Positions 13,590 through 26,454 of a DNA stretch of 64,000 nt are shown here, in pieces. Each line of letters opens with the position of its first letter. Position 1 is the first letter of the stretch. The stretch is from the NCBI GenBank assembly GCA_951406725.2, contig OX597816.1, positions 115,444,001 through 115,508,000 of the forward strand, written 5' to 3'. The position numbers and the translations under genes are program-made. Under the pieces are notes generated by a model. The model searched no databases. It had not been told where the DNA came from and saw only the letters and a program-made list of their open reading frames with translations. The stretch is from Octopus vulgaris (Eukaryota).

Positions 13590-13664
13590 TTGTCAAAATA
13601 GCTGATGAAAATGCCTCAAAGCTCTCAGCTCGGGCATTTGAAACTCTGAGTTCTATTATGACAA
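13590..13664 (+). ncRNA. Type-I hammerhead ribozyme motif with 12-bp helix I
   Basis: UUGUCAAAAUAG-CUGAUGA-AAAUGCCU...GGGCAUUU-GAAA-CUC(u)GAG-UU-CUAUUAUGACAA. Helix I pairs 11/12, helix II is 8 bp, helix III is quasi-palindromic. Confidence 0.85.
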
Positions 13665-13701
13665 CTTACTGATTGTCTTATACTATATGTATATATATAT
13701 A

Positions 13702-13755
13702 TCATTATCATCATCATCGTTTAACGTCCGCTTTCCATGCTAGCATGGGTTGGAC
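13702..13755 (-). mobile_element. Extreme 3' tail of the RTE family (severely truncated copy)
   Basis: Reverse complement of 40510-40567 with the CCATGCTAGCATGG palindrome and (GAT)n tail. Confidence 0.8.
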
Positions 13756-13773
13756 TATATATATATATACATG

Positions 13774-13821
<48 letters not shown>

Positions 13822-13823
<2 letters not shown>

Positions 13824-13975
13824 CAGCTTTTTTCAGTTTCCCTCCAACAAACCTACTCACAAGGCTTTTGTTGGCCTGAGGATATAGTAGAAGACACTTG
13901 TCCAAGGTGCCATGCAGTAGAATTGAACCTAGGACCATGTGGTTTTGAAGCAAGTTTCTTACCACACACCCACAC
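13822..13975 (-). mobile_element. SINE family B, 5' half
   Basis: gatatagtagaagacacttgtccaaggtgccatgcagt matches the reverse complement of the family B core. Confidence 0.8.
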
Positions 13976-14700
13976 CTATATATATATATATGGTCTGAGT
14001 AGACACTTGCTCAAGGAGCAAGGAAGTGAGACTGAACTTGAAACCCTACAGCCACTCCTGTATACATACATATATATTTTTTTTTACACACAAACACACA
14101 CACATATATATAGCTTCCAATATTTATATGATGTGCAGCAGAGATAATATTGTAAAATGGATAGCAGGAATATTCTGGAGTGTACTTCCTTCAAAGAAAA
14201 TGTAACTTTCTCCAAGGCATTCAGAAATCAAGACTATTGAAAAGTAAACAGCAAGGATGTTAGGTAGCAGGGTTAGATGTTTTAGTAATTAGTTTGACAT
14301 GAAATTATTCCTGGATAACCTTACGACCTTTTCGTTCTAGTGGTGTTATTAAAATGAATACCAGTAATATAGTGTAAATGAGTCAATAATAATAATATAC
14401 ATTCTCTTAAAAATGAAATTGTCTTATTGTTAATTGAAGAATAAAATACATCATTATCTTCATCATCATAAAAATCAATGTCATTATCAACATAGTTATT
14501 GTTACTGTTATGTAATTTCACCAAATTTCTTTACTTTAAATATATATGTATGATGCAAGTGTACACACATGCACAAATACACACACACACACATACACAC
14601 AGTACACATATAAATGTACATGTATGGATGTGTGTATATATGTATGTGTGTGTGTGTGCATGTGCATATATATGTATATTTTTTTTGTGTGTGTGTGTGT

Positions 14701-14731
<31 letters not shown>

Positions 14732-14854
14732 CATACATATATATATATATATACATATCTATATACATAATTGTGTGCATAAATAAATATATATACACAT
14801 ATATATGTATATATGTTTGTATGTATGTATGTGTGTGTATATATACACACACAC

Positions 14855-14885
<31 letters not shown>

Positions 14886-15296
14886 CAAACATGTATATAT
14901 ATTTATTTATACACACACAAATATACATGTATATATATATATATGTTTGTATGTATGTATATATATACACACACACACACACGTGCACACTCATATATAA
15001 AGGTTTTTCAGTCCTGAAGTCATTTACCACAAAAACCTCTGACTGGCCAGAGTCTTTCAGAAGTTACTGGAATTACTTGTCAGTTTTGTTCATGCTGGTA
15101 AATAGATAAGCTATAAACCAGCAACAAAAATGCTGCAAAGAACATGATACATATGCTTTCAAATATTGTCAGAATATATCAATAGCTACTGATGAATAAT
15201 CAACATGGTGCATCTAGATTTGTATAATCCTCAACAAAGACCTCCAGAGAAAATATTCCATTTCAATGTACCGTTAACTGCTGAAAATATCTATAT

Positions 15297-15377
<81 letters not shown>

Positions 15378-17034
15378 AAATCTAAAAAAAATGGGTAAAA
15401 AAAGAAAAAAAGATGTTTGCTAGATAGTCTTTCATTCATACCAAACGCTGTTGTTCAGATATATTTTAGTGAAGATACAAAAGGCCATAATTATATAGAG
15501 ACAATTCTTCTGTTCATAGAATGAAAAGGAATGTGTGTTGCAGTGATTTAAAGTGAAGAAACGCTGGTAAAGGCTGAGTCTTTGTATTTCTCACCGTGGA
15601 AAGAAATGCCAAATGAGCATGCAAATGCTTAATCCATATTTTCATAACCATGATATACTGTACAAGTTGCTTTATTCATTCATTCAGACATTTATTTATC
15701 TAGCATTTAGCTGCTGCTGATCACGCTTTGTTATTGCCGTTGTTGTTGTTGTTGTTACTGTTGCTTTTTGTTGTTGTTGTTGTTGTTGTTCATTGTCATG
15801 TTTTTTTTTTGTATTTGTTTTACATTATGTATATTTTTTGTATAGTTGTTGTTGTTGTTGTTGTTTTGTTTCAGTTCAGTTTTTCGTATTCTATTCTGTT
15901 TCTTGTTTCTTTTTACTTTACTTTACTTTATTTCCTTAACACAAAATGGCAAGATGAGATTTTGGTAAGAAACAAAACTGGAATCACGAGAATAATAAAA
16001 ATATAAATAAAAATTAGCAAAAATATCAACAGCAACAACAACGGCAACTACTGCTACAACAACATCAACAATAATGATGATTATAATAATAATAATAATA
16101 ATAATAATGATAATAATAATGATGATAATGATATTGATAATAAGGCAAGCAAAGTAAGAATGGAAGATAGTTCGTGAATGACATAAAGAGAGAAATTTGC
16201 AAAAGATTTTGTCTCTTCTCAGTCTGCTTTTATTTAGAAAGTTCTTAAAGAAAGGAAATTTATATAATTAGACATTCATAGAGATGTTAAAGATTAGTCA
16301 TACTTAGTAAAAATACTATAGCAATAGCAGACTTGAATATATAACTTTATTGATTATATAACTTTTATAGTAATAATATTGATATTAGGGTTATCAAATC
16401 CAGTTTCTGTTATATGTTCACCTGAAAGTTGAAGATCCTTAGAAAGAAATGTGGCTATTATATCATAGATTTTTTCCTAACAGGAATGGGATTAATTAAG
16501 ATTAGAACTTTTGTAAGAATGTTCAGTTAACCTTGATAGAAAAGTGCATAATATTTTCAAAATAGATTGAAAAATGGGTAATTGCATTGAAACATGTCAG
16601 GTCAAAACTCTATTTTGACTCATCTTAACTATATACTGATGATCCCATTTGGTGAAATTAAATCCTTTGAAGACATAAAGCTAGCAGAGAGGACCTTTCA
16701 CTTTAATCTGTCTGACTTGTGACTAATTATTGTTATAGTGTTTGTTTTTCACACTCTCTTATTCTTATTCATAATTCTCTCACTTCTTCATTATCATCAT
16801 AAGTTTTCATCACCATCATCATCATCCTCATCGTTAATTATTGCTGTCATTTTCACCATCATAAAACTCTCATCGATCATTGGTTAAACATCTTACATTC
16901 TGTCTGTGATTCTAACCCAGCTTTCTAGATCTACTTAAATAACTTTTAATAATTCTTTCTTGACACAATTTTATTTTAGATATCATTTATCTCTGCTTAT
17001 GGGGTCAAGTAAATTTATCATATATGTAATGACT

Positions 17035-17237
17035 TGCGCCAATGCCACATTGAAAGCATCCAAGACATGCTGCAAAAGTGGTTGGAATTAAGAAGGGCAC
17101 CCAGCCATGGAAACCAAGCCAAATCAGATTAGAACCTGGTGCAACTCCCCATCTTGCCAGCTCTGGTCAAACTGTCTAACCCATACCAGCATGGAAAACA
17201 GACGTTAAAAGATGATGATGATGATGATAATGATGAT
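17035..17237 (+). mobile_element. RTE 3' tail copy, decayed
   Basis: gtggttggaattaagaagggcacccagcc...ccataccagcatggaaaacagacgttaaaa(gat)n, homologous to 40380-40567. Confidence 0.8.
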
Positions 17238-17819
17238 GTTACTTCCTCTTGTTGAGTAAGGGTTCACCAGTTAATAAACTGGGGAATTTAATTATGTTCC
17301 CTTTTTTAACCTTCTCATAATTCTGTAACTCAGTTTACATTTTTTGTTCAAAATAACCTCGACATATTGTATAAGAATTTTTTTCAGAGTTTCTGCAGTT
17401 AAATCAACAAACTTCAAAATTACATATGTCGGTACTCTGAGATATATTCATTTTATGATATTTCAGTGTTAGACTAATATCATTGTCATCCAGTTAGGCA
17501 ACTCGCCCAGACTAAGATTGGGCTTTGATAACTGAATGTCTCATCTGTGCATGTCACGACTACAGAGAATAGCAGTAGTTTGGTACTAACTGACTGGTTG
17601 ATCTTGGAAACTGACAGTTTGTTGGCTGTTCATCTGCTCAGCATCTGGTGATATTTACCATTGATCAATAAGTTCATCAGACAAAATAGTTCACATCCAC
17701 CATGCTGCATCCCATAATTTCAATGCAACCCTGGCTTGAGTAATTACTAGGTGCTAGGCCTTGTCAAGGGGCCACTTGTAATCTGGCCTGGGACTGTTTA
17801 TTCCCATATTCACAGGTGA

Positions 17820-17992
17820 CATCTATTTACATGCTAACCCATGGATGGGACCCTGACATGTACTCCTACTCCAAGTTAGAGTAGAACTGGGAACAAATGT
17901 GGCTATGAGGTGGTTGCACACTCCCCAAAACTCAAGAATACCTGAATTAGGGTCCTATTATCAGATGCAGCTTAAAGCCATACATGAGACAA
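17820..17992 (-). mobile_element. Old SINE-like repeat of a separate cephalopod family
   Basis: Minus strand gtatggctttaagctgcatctgat...ggggagtgtg...cagggtcccatccatggg resembles a common cephalopod SINE body. Recalled from memory, not verified. Confidence 0.45.
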
Positions 17993-18440
17993 GACTAATA
18001 TAAGGAGGTTTGATGGATACTAGATTGGACATATTATTCTTCAGTGATCCTAATGCTGAAAATTTCCAAATTTTGTAAATTATATCTTCTTCATAAATTA
18101 TTAATGTTGAAATACAAAAATATTAGCTTAAGAAATCCTCCTTAAAAGACTCTAATTCTGATCATCTCAAAAAATGACCTGCATAACTCTTGCAGAAAAT
18201 ATAGTTTTGCTTAAAAAAAATTTGGTTATTATCAAAAGAAGGCTTCTCTAATAACAGCAAATGCTGTACAGAGTTATGTGTTCATTGATAAAAACTCTTG
18301 GAGATACTTCATACACACTCATACATACACAAATGTGTATGTGTATGTATGTATGTATGTATGTATGTATGTATGTATGTATGTATGTATGTATGTATGT
18401 ATGTATGCATGTATGTATGTATGTATGTGCTACTGGTAAC

Positions 18441-18965
18441 ATGTAATCCAGTACAAACTGTTGCATGGTCGGGTCGTCGTCGACTAAACCGGCAACCCCA
18501 CCAAGCTTGCTTGGTGAGGAGGGTGTTTATTGGACACCCTGCGGGATGAAAAACAAAACCTGTCAAAGAGCGGAGAAACTCTTGAGAGTCAACGGCCATC
18601 CAATAAATGTCTTAAGGATGTATCATGCGTGGGGACATAGAAATAATTGGAATGAATACCTGATCGCACGGTTAAACCATTGGGAGTGAAGGACTCCTAG
18701 CCTTTGTTAGGGCATCCTTCTAGGAGAAGGTAACTCGGGTAACTGGGATAACTCCGAAATAAAACCTGCGGCTCAGTGGTTACCGATGATGTTGACTTGT
18801 TCTTCTTTTCGGATTATGACTGCTGTTGCTTAGTGAGTGGGATTGACTCAGTGCACAGCCTTTCCTCACTTTAAAAAAACTCTTCTTGCACAGGCATTGC
18901 ATGATAACAACAGTGATTACGCTTTGTGCAATGGCCATACTCGATAACGAGGGGGCAGCCATCAT
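18441..18965 (+). mobile_element. Young CpG-rich ~520-bp insertion, probably a non-autonomous RTE-related element
   Basis: Sharp GC/CpG rise between (TATG)n flanks. Motif tagggcatccttctaggagaaggtaactc resembles RTE 5'UTRs. Several hairpins. Confidence 0.55.
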
Positions 18966-19249
18966 GTATGTAAGTATATATATATTTTAAAAAAATTTTT
19001 TTTTTTCCAAAAATGAGTTAAAAGATATATATAATCCTGGCAGTTGCTGTGTTTCCTCTTAAATCGGTTTTATATGCCAGCTAACCACAGCTTGACAAAA
19101 CTGAGATGTAAACAACAGCCCATCCGATTAGCAGGTTCGAATTCTGCTCAGGACTGATACACTTCAATAACCACTAAGTAATAACACACACTGTATACTG
19201 GCACACACTTTTTCCATTTTATTTTTGCTATTAACAGTCCTTGTAACCC

Positions 19250-19842
19250 CCTTCATATCTACGATTGAGCCACGAACTATACAATGAAAATCCAGAGTTA
19301 TTGGTGGTCGGTGAATTTTTAATAAAAATGCGAAGGTGGTTTATCAGTTCAAAAATCGATATCCACGAAATAATCATACTTTCTGAATTTTTTAATACTA
19401 AAAATATTCCTGACATCTTTGTAATCCCCAAAAATATCGTACCCATTAGTCCACCCCTCTGGCCGTGAAGAGGAAACAGACAAAGAGTCGGATAGATGAA
19501 CAGACCATTATAGTAAGATAGCAAATCTACCCATCTACGGTGAGATATAAAGGGATAGTATCACAAATCTAAATCCTCTAAATTCACGAACTATATGGGG
19601 GTCCGGGGTGGAAATCCGAGTTAATCCTCATTGCCGGAATTTTAATGAAAAAATCAAAGATGATTTATTAATACAAAACTCAATATCCACTAAATAACCA
19701 TACTTTTTCCCATTTTTTTCTGCTAAAAACCTTCTTGATTACTTCCTTCGTAATCCTGAAAAACATCGTGACCACTGGTCCAGCCATTTGACCGTGAAGA
19801 GGAAACAGACAGATGGACAAAACACCCATTATAGTAAAATGA
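19250..19842 (+). repeat. Two diverged tandem ~300-bp units, Helitron/Helentron-like non-autonomous element
   Basis: Both units share cacgaactata, atatccac, taatcc..aaaa.atcgt, ccgtgaagaggaaacagaca and end in ccattatagtaa(g/a)at. Confidence 0.55.
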
Positions 19843-21849
19843 CATTTATTTCAATTAGCTATTATGCTTTTTATTACATTAATTAAGAAAACAATTATTT
19901 AATAAATAATTAAATGATATTAAGAAAATATGGAGTAAGCCATAATAATAATTTAATAATCTTGTGTAATTTTAATTTATAAATATCTTGTAAGATACTC
20001 CTTCAGCTGTTCATGGCTGGCCAGGATCATCCTGCCCAGAGACCAAAAAGAAACGTGTGTGTTATGTGTGGTGGTGGTGGTGGTGGTGTGTGTGTGCAGT
20101 ATGTTTGTTGGTGTGTATGCGTTTCTGTTTGGCTATACAAGCACCAATAAAAGTACTCAATGCCTGTAGTTCAGTGTATTTGTATAATGTGGTTTGTGAT
20201 TGCCATTGATAATTTTCCTTCACATGCTTACTTCCAAACAAGATACTAGTGTAAATCGTAGATTGGGAACAGCTAGAAGTACTGTATACACACACACACA
20301 TTCATACATGAGTGTGTATGAATGTTTGTGTATGTATATGTGCATGCACATAATGCCTATATATGCCTGTAAGCGTTTAACTGATTTTGTGTACATGCTT
20401 CTTTGAGAAAGTACATATACATGTTTGCATATAGAAATCTATACACATGTTGTATGCATTGTTCTTCAAAATATTGCTTATATTTGCTTGAACAAGAAGG
20501 AAGCTGATATTTGACTTATGAATATTATGAAGAAAGTATTGCTGGAGTCACCAGGTCTGGTGCAATAATATACATGTCAGTTTTGTCTTTGAGCAGAAAC
20601 TCTAATCTTCTATGTCTTTGTAGCTTTCTTTCTCCATACTCTCTTTTCATTTCCTTTCTTTTTCCTTTAGAATAATTGGAATGCTAATCAAGGGTTGTTG
20701 GGGAGAGATATTTGCTAGTGATCTGTCCTGTTGGTGGTGTTATGGTGTTGTGATCTTGTGGCGTGGTGTTGAAGAGCGTGGTGATGTATTGGCTTGGTCA
20801 CATGGTGAAGTAGTAACACAGTGATATGATGGTGCAATGGGATGTTAGTGTGATAGATAGTAGTGATGTAGTAGATAGTGGTAGGAGTGTATAGGTGTGG
20901 TAGTAGGGTAGTTATAAACGTGTTGTGTTGATATGGTGATATGGGGGGATAGTGGTAAACATAGGGAAGTAACAAGATGGAGCTAGTAGGTCAGCAGGAT
21001 AAATATACTGCTCACTTTGATAGCTTGAAATGTTAATAGAACCAAGATACAAAACCACAGGGGTGTGGGCTGAGCTGAAGAGGCACAGGTTGGGCAGGGC
21101 ATTTCGTCCCCAAAATCATTGATCCCAGTTGTATTTGAGCATCTCTGATTGACATTTACTTAATTTGTTTTGACAATGATATACTACACATGATGCTCGG
21201 GTAGACCCAGTTCCTTTACATAGCTGCTGATACAGCCAAGTGGGCTGTATTGGTAGTGAGGAGGGAATGATGGATCACTGCATTAACCGATTAATCAGAA
21301 TTTCAACTGGCTTTCACACTACGAAACCAGTTCTGTCTGTACAGTGACAGGGATCCTTTTCCATACACACTTTTACTCTTCTTTTTATTTATCTGGTTTG
21401 TTTTTACTTCCAATCATTTGTCCTGAGCCCAAAGGACACAACTTCTGCTATTCCATCTTCTAATCAGTCTCTCTCTTTCTCTCCCCATCTCTCTTAAACT
21501 TTAAGTGTGTGCATGTGTGAAAGAGAGAGAGAGAGAGAGAGTGTGTATGTGTGTGTGTGTGTCCATGTGTTTGTGTGCATGTATATATCTATATCAATGT
21601 ATGTATACGTATGTATATATATGTGTCTGTGTCTATGTATATATTTATGTATGTATGTAGGTACGTATGTAAGCATACAATTCTTTCATTATCTTCTTGA
21701 ATATTTATAATTCTCTCATTTTCATTCCTCCTTATTGTCTCATTATGTCCTTCTCTCTGACACTACTTCCCTATATCAATTACTATAATTATTTCTTATT
21801 GCTACACACATTGCCTCACTCTCACAGAGTCTCCTTTTCTCTCTGTATA

Positions 21850-21991
21850 TCATCATCATCATCATCATCGTTTAGCGTCCGTTTTCCATGCTAGCATGAG
21901 TTGGACGGTTCAACTGGGGTCTGTGAAGCCGGAAGGCTTCATCAGGCCTAGTCAGATCTGGCAGTGTTTCTACGACTGGATGCCCTTCCTA

Positions 21992-21996
<5 letters not shown>
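21850..21996 (-). mobile_element. RTE 3' tail copy
   Basis: (cat)n cgtttagcgtccgttttccatgctagcat...gaagccggaaggcttcatcagg...ggatgcccttcctaa is a close reverse-complement match to 40420-40567. Confidence 0.9.
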
Positions 21997-22057
<61 letters not shown>

Positions 22058-22248
22058 ATAAGCAAGATTCAGTTGAATAAGGTACTTAGAGTTTAGATAC
22101 CCAATTAGGTCAGGATAAAATGCATACACATGCATTCATCTGAAGAAAACAGTTTTCTAGAATGATATAATGTACTCATTCCTCAATTAAAAAATTCACT
22201 AGAAATGGCCATAATGATTTGACACCTGTCCTTCAGTTGTTACTCATT

Positions 22249-22286
<38 letters not shown>

Positions 22287-22291
22287 TATTA

Positions 22292-22352
<61 letters not shown>

Positions 22353-22759
22353 TAAGGAAAATAAGACTAGGTAGAAAATGCTATAATGATTTTATAATGA
22401 AGAACATTTTAGTACTGGTTTCAGACTTTGCAACTTTTTCAACTTAGATTAAAGCATGTAAAGCAATTAAATTGTGGAAAAATTAAATGAAATGTTTTTT
22501 TTTAATATTTCCATAGTTTTCAAATGCAAGGAATATTTTCCTTTTTCCTGTCTGTTTTTTTTTTAACTCTTATGAGGGCTTGGTAGTAGGTAGTACTATG
22601 GAAATATTTTTAAAAAACATTTCATTTAATTTTTCCACAATTCAATTGCTTTTCATGATTTACTGTAAGTCGAAAAAGCTGCAAAGGCTGAAACCGGTAC
22701 TAAAATGTTCTTCATTATAAAATTATTTTAGCATTTTCAACTTTATCTTATTTTCCTTA
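22353..22759. mobile_element. Inverted (tail-to-tail) fragment of the Penelope-like terminal repeat, ~165-bp arms
   Basis: 22353-22518 is the reverse complement of 22594-22759. The left arm plus spacer matches 42391-42640 in direct orientation. Confidence 0.85.
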
Positions 22760-22936
22760 TACACCACACATGTAAACTTAGATACATAGATATACATACA
22801 CAGACACACAAAGGTATGTATATATATAAATGTGTGTATGCATGTATGTATGTATATATACACATATACAAACAGATAGATAAGTTAGAGAGATAGGTAG
22901 ATACATGCATACATATATACATACATATATACAAAG

Positions 22937-22968
<32 letters not shown>

Positions 22969-22983
22969 GTATGTATATGTATG

Positions 22984-23018
<35 letters not shown>

Positions 23019-23075
23019 ATGTATATATATATATATATGTATGTATATGTATATATATATATATATATATGTATG

Positions 23076-23138
<63 letters not shown>

Positions 23139-23336
23139 TTTTATATAGCTGACACACCCAAGTACAAGCAGATTACTCTGAAAAGATGTGCGTCAAAGCA
23201 TTTGGTTATATTGTAAGGAGACAATAAAATGAATGTAATCTGTTTCGTAACATAATTAATTTCTTATCATGTGTTACTGCATTCACTAGTTTATAATCTT
23301 GTTCTTTTTCTCGCTTTCTGTATGTGTGTATGTCTA

Positions 23337-23393
<57 letters not shown>

Positions 23394-23402
23394 ATATATC
23401 TT

Positions 23403-23444
<42 letters not shown>

Positions 23445-23445
<1 letters not shown>

Positions 23446-23883
23446 CATTCTTCCCTGTATTTGTGAAAATTATGTATTGCTGCCGTAAGGCCTATTTCCC
23501 ACACACACCAACTTAAATTCAATTTGTCCCCAGTCGAAAGACACCTGTTGTTATGTCCTGTTGTTATTACTTTTATTGTATTTATATTGTATTTATATTT
23601 GTGTAACATTGTCTGTTTTCTGTTCTTGATTTTGTATACATTCGATGCTTTCTTCCAAGGAATCTAATGTTCTTAGCTTAGTTTTTCCTCGGGGTTGGCC
23701 AGATTGGAGCAATCTCAAGATTAATCATCCAAAATTGTGAGGATTATCCGGTTCTTGACTGAGGATAGAAAGCTTCGAATGACCCATCCTTGTTTTTTTG
23801 TATCGGCTATCTGGATGTTTTGTTGTTCCTTTTTGTATCACCTAGTTGTCCAGATGTTTTGCGTTCTTGTCCCATTTTGTATT
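23445..23883. repeat. Probable interspersed repeat between microsatellites, class unknown
   Basis: Discrete higher-complexity block bounded by (TC)n and (TA)n. Resembles an octopus repeat from memory only. Confidence 0.35.
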
Positions 23884-24363
23884 ATATATATATATATATA
23901 CATATATATACATCACTAAAGTGATAAAGGACAGTAATCAGCACCAGTATTACTAATGCACATACACACACAGATATACATGTACAACATATATGCAAGT
24001 ATATGTGTATATATATATATATGCAAACACTCTGTACATATATATTATATGTACCCCTGTGGATACTCAGTGACATTAAATGAGGTTCTTACTACTAAAA
24101 TTCAATTAATGTATGCCTTGATTATCATGAGCTCATTATCATAATCTTTTTACACCTACTTCCATCCATTATTGTATATCAATACTGTGATTCATTTCTT
24201 ATTTATCTGGTGAATATGAAAGAAGTGGCTATGCTCCACTGATGAAGCCTAATAAATCCAAAACATGTCCAAAGTTGTACTTGTATTTGTTATTGATCCA
24301 CCGTTTATTCCCCACTTCTTGCCACATAAGTGTCACTATCTTTAAAATGTTTTCTTTCACTAG

Positions 24364-24442
<79 letters not shown>

Positions 24443-25179
24443 TCGATAGATAGATAAATAGATAGATAGATAATAAGGAGAATGAAGGATTTGAACATTC
24501 ATACTTTATGTTTATTTACAGTTGGTTTATTCATAATAATTTTCCAATACATTTTTTTATTGCCTCAATTGCATATTGTTGCATATTTATATGCAGCGAT
24601 TTATGCATTATTATTACAATCTCTTCAGGGTATATAAATATCACATTATTTGAAGAGGGGTTTTCCTCTGTTATTAGTTTGAATTAGGCTTGGTAGTAGT
24701 AGTAATAGTAGTAGTAGTAAACCATGATGTTCATCGATGGGCTGTTTTTCACAATTGTAAATAAACACAAAGTTTGAATGTTCAAATTCTTTATTCACTT
24801 TGTTATCGAAATTGTACTTTACACTCTAAGTAGCCAGGAAAAAAAAAATGTAACATTGGTTGAGAGTTGAAGGAAGTTTACCATAAAATGCACCATCAGA
24901 AGGAACCAGCCTTGACATTTTACTCAGAGAAATCCGGTGTCTGCCCGGATATTATATCCTTACTCTTACTATATATATATACGTATGTATATGTATGTAG
25001 GTATATGTATGTATATATGTGTGTGTGTGTATATATATGTATGTATGTGTATACGTATGCATGCACCACACATGCATCTCAGGAGATAGATAGTTATGTA
25101 TGTAAATATATTGAAAACCTGATTGAATGATTATGTCTTCACTGATGCATGAAATTCAGTTAGATGGACTCCCTAATAA

Positions 25180-25710
25180 CCATCAGGCCCTTTAATTCTA
25201 GACCTTGCTTCTACACCTGAAACTTCTCTAGTTCTGCTAGTGATTCAGCTACAAGTGCAAGGTCATCAGCTTAAAGAAGCTCCCAGAACAGCCTGTCTTG
25301 AATTCCTTTGTTATCACCTTGAGGACTATGGTGAACAAGAGGAGGCTGAGGACTGACCCTTGGTGAACCCTTAATTGTACCCTGAATTCTTCACTATACT
25401 CATTGCCAACCCTCACTTTACTGACAGCATCCCTGTACATGGCTTGTACAGCTCTCACCCACCACTCATCTATCCCTAGTCTCTGCATTGATCACCAGAT
25501 AAGGGATTGGTGGGATCCTGACAAAGGCATTCTCCATGTCAACGAAAGCCAAGTACAGGGGTTAATCTTTGGCTAGGTATTTCTCCTACAGCTGTCTTAC
25601 CAGAAATATAGTATCAGTGGTGCTTCTCCCTGGCACAAACCCAAACTGCATCTCATCTAAACTAACTCTCTCCCTAATTAGTTGGGCTATGATCCTCTCT
25701 AAGACTTTAT
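25180..25710 (-). pseudogene. Decayed RTE reverse-transcriptase fragment, same family as the 37-40 kb element
   Basis: LGIDEWWVRAVQAMYRDAVSKVRVGNEYSEEFRV..HQGSVLS aligns with the 985-aa ORF. Frameshifts and stops present. Confidence 0.95.
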
Positions 25711-26075
25711 TTCTATAACAGCTCTTTGAACATTTTTTACTTTTTTTTAAAACTCAGGCAACTGTTCTTTCTGAACATTCACTTTCACAGTTGATTAGGT
25801 AACCAAGGCCAGTGGTTCTGAAACTGATGGGTTCTAACAATTGTCAACAAACTTCCTGGAAGAACAAAATAGGTTTGTATCTTTACAAATCTCCCTTCTC
25901 CCTGGTTTAAAAAGTTTTAACACATCTTCATTAAATGTAGTGATTTGCTGACCATTTTATCATTCCACACTGCCTCACTCATACGAGAAACACTGATTAT
26001 AACATATGTGTGGCATATATGCTTATTCACATATATGTGCGCCTGTGTGTGCACGTATTATATAGTTGTATGTAT

Positions 26076-26176
<101 letters not shown>

Positions 26177-26303
26177 ACATCCAGCTGTAAAAACTTTGCC
26201 AGATCAGATTGGAGCCTGGTGCAGCCTTCTGGCTCGCCAGTCCTCAGTGAAACTGTCCAACCCATGCCAGTATGGAAAGTGAATGTTAAACAACGACGAT
26301 GAT
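26177..26303 (+). mobile_element. RTE 3' tail copy
   Basis: catccagctgtaaaaac...gcagccttctggct...ccatgccagtatggaaa...gatgatga. Confidence 0.8.
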
Positions 26304-26334
26304 GAGATATATATATATATACACACACACACAC

Positions 26335-26396
<62 letters not shown>

Positions 26397-26402
26397 TAAT
26401 TT

Positions 26403-26454
<52 letters not shown>

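Noticed and set aside
15011-15097. Possible small exon (ag|TCCTG...GCTG|gtaaat)
   Set aside because: Weak splice context and no recognisable peptide.
16630-16670. CTGATGA...GAAA motif, and similar partial cores at 392, 23759, 41711, 48243, 54433
   Set aside because: Missing GAAA or lacking pairable helices.
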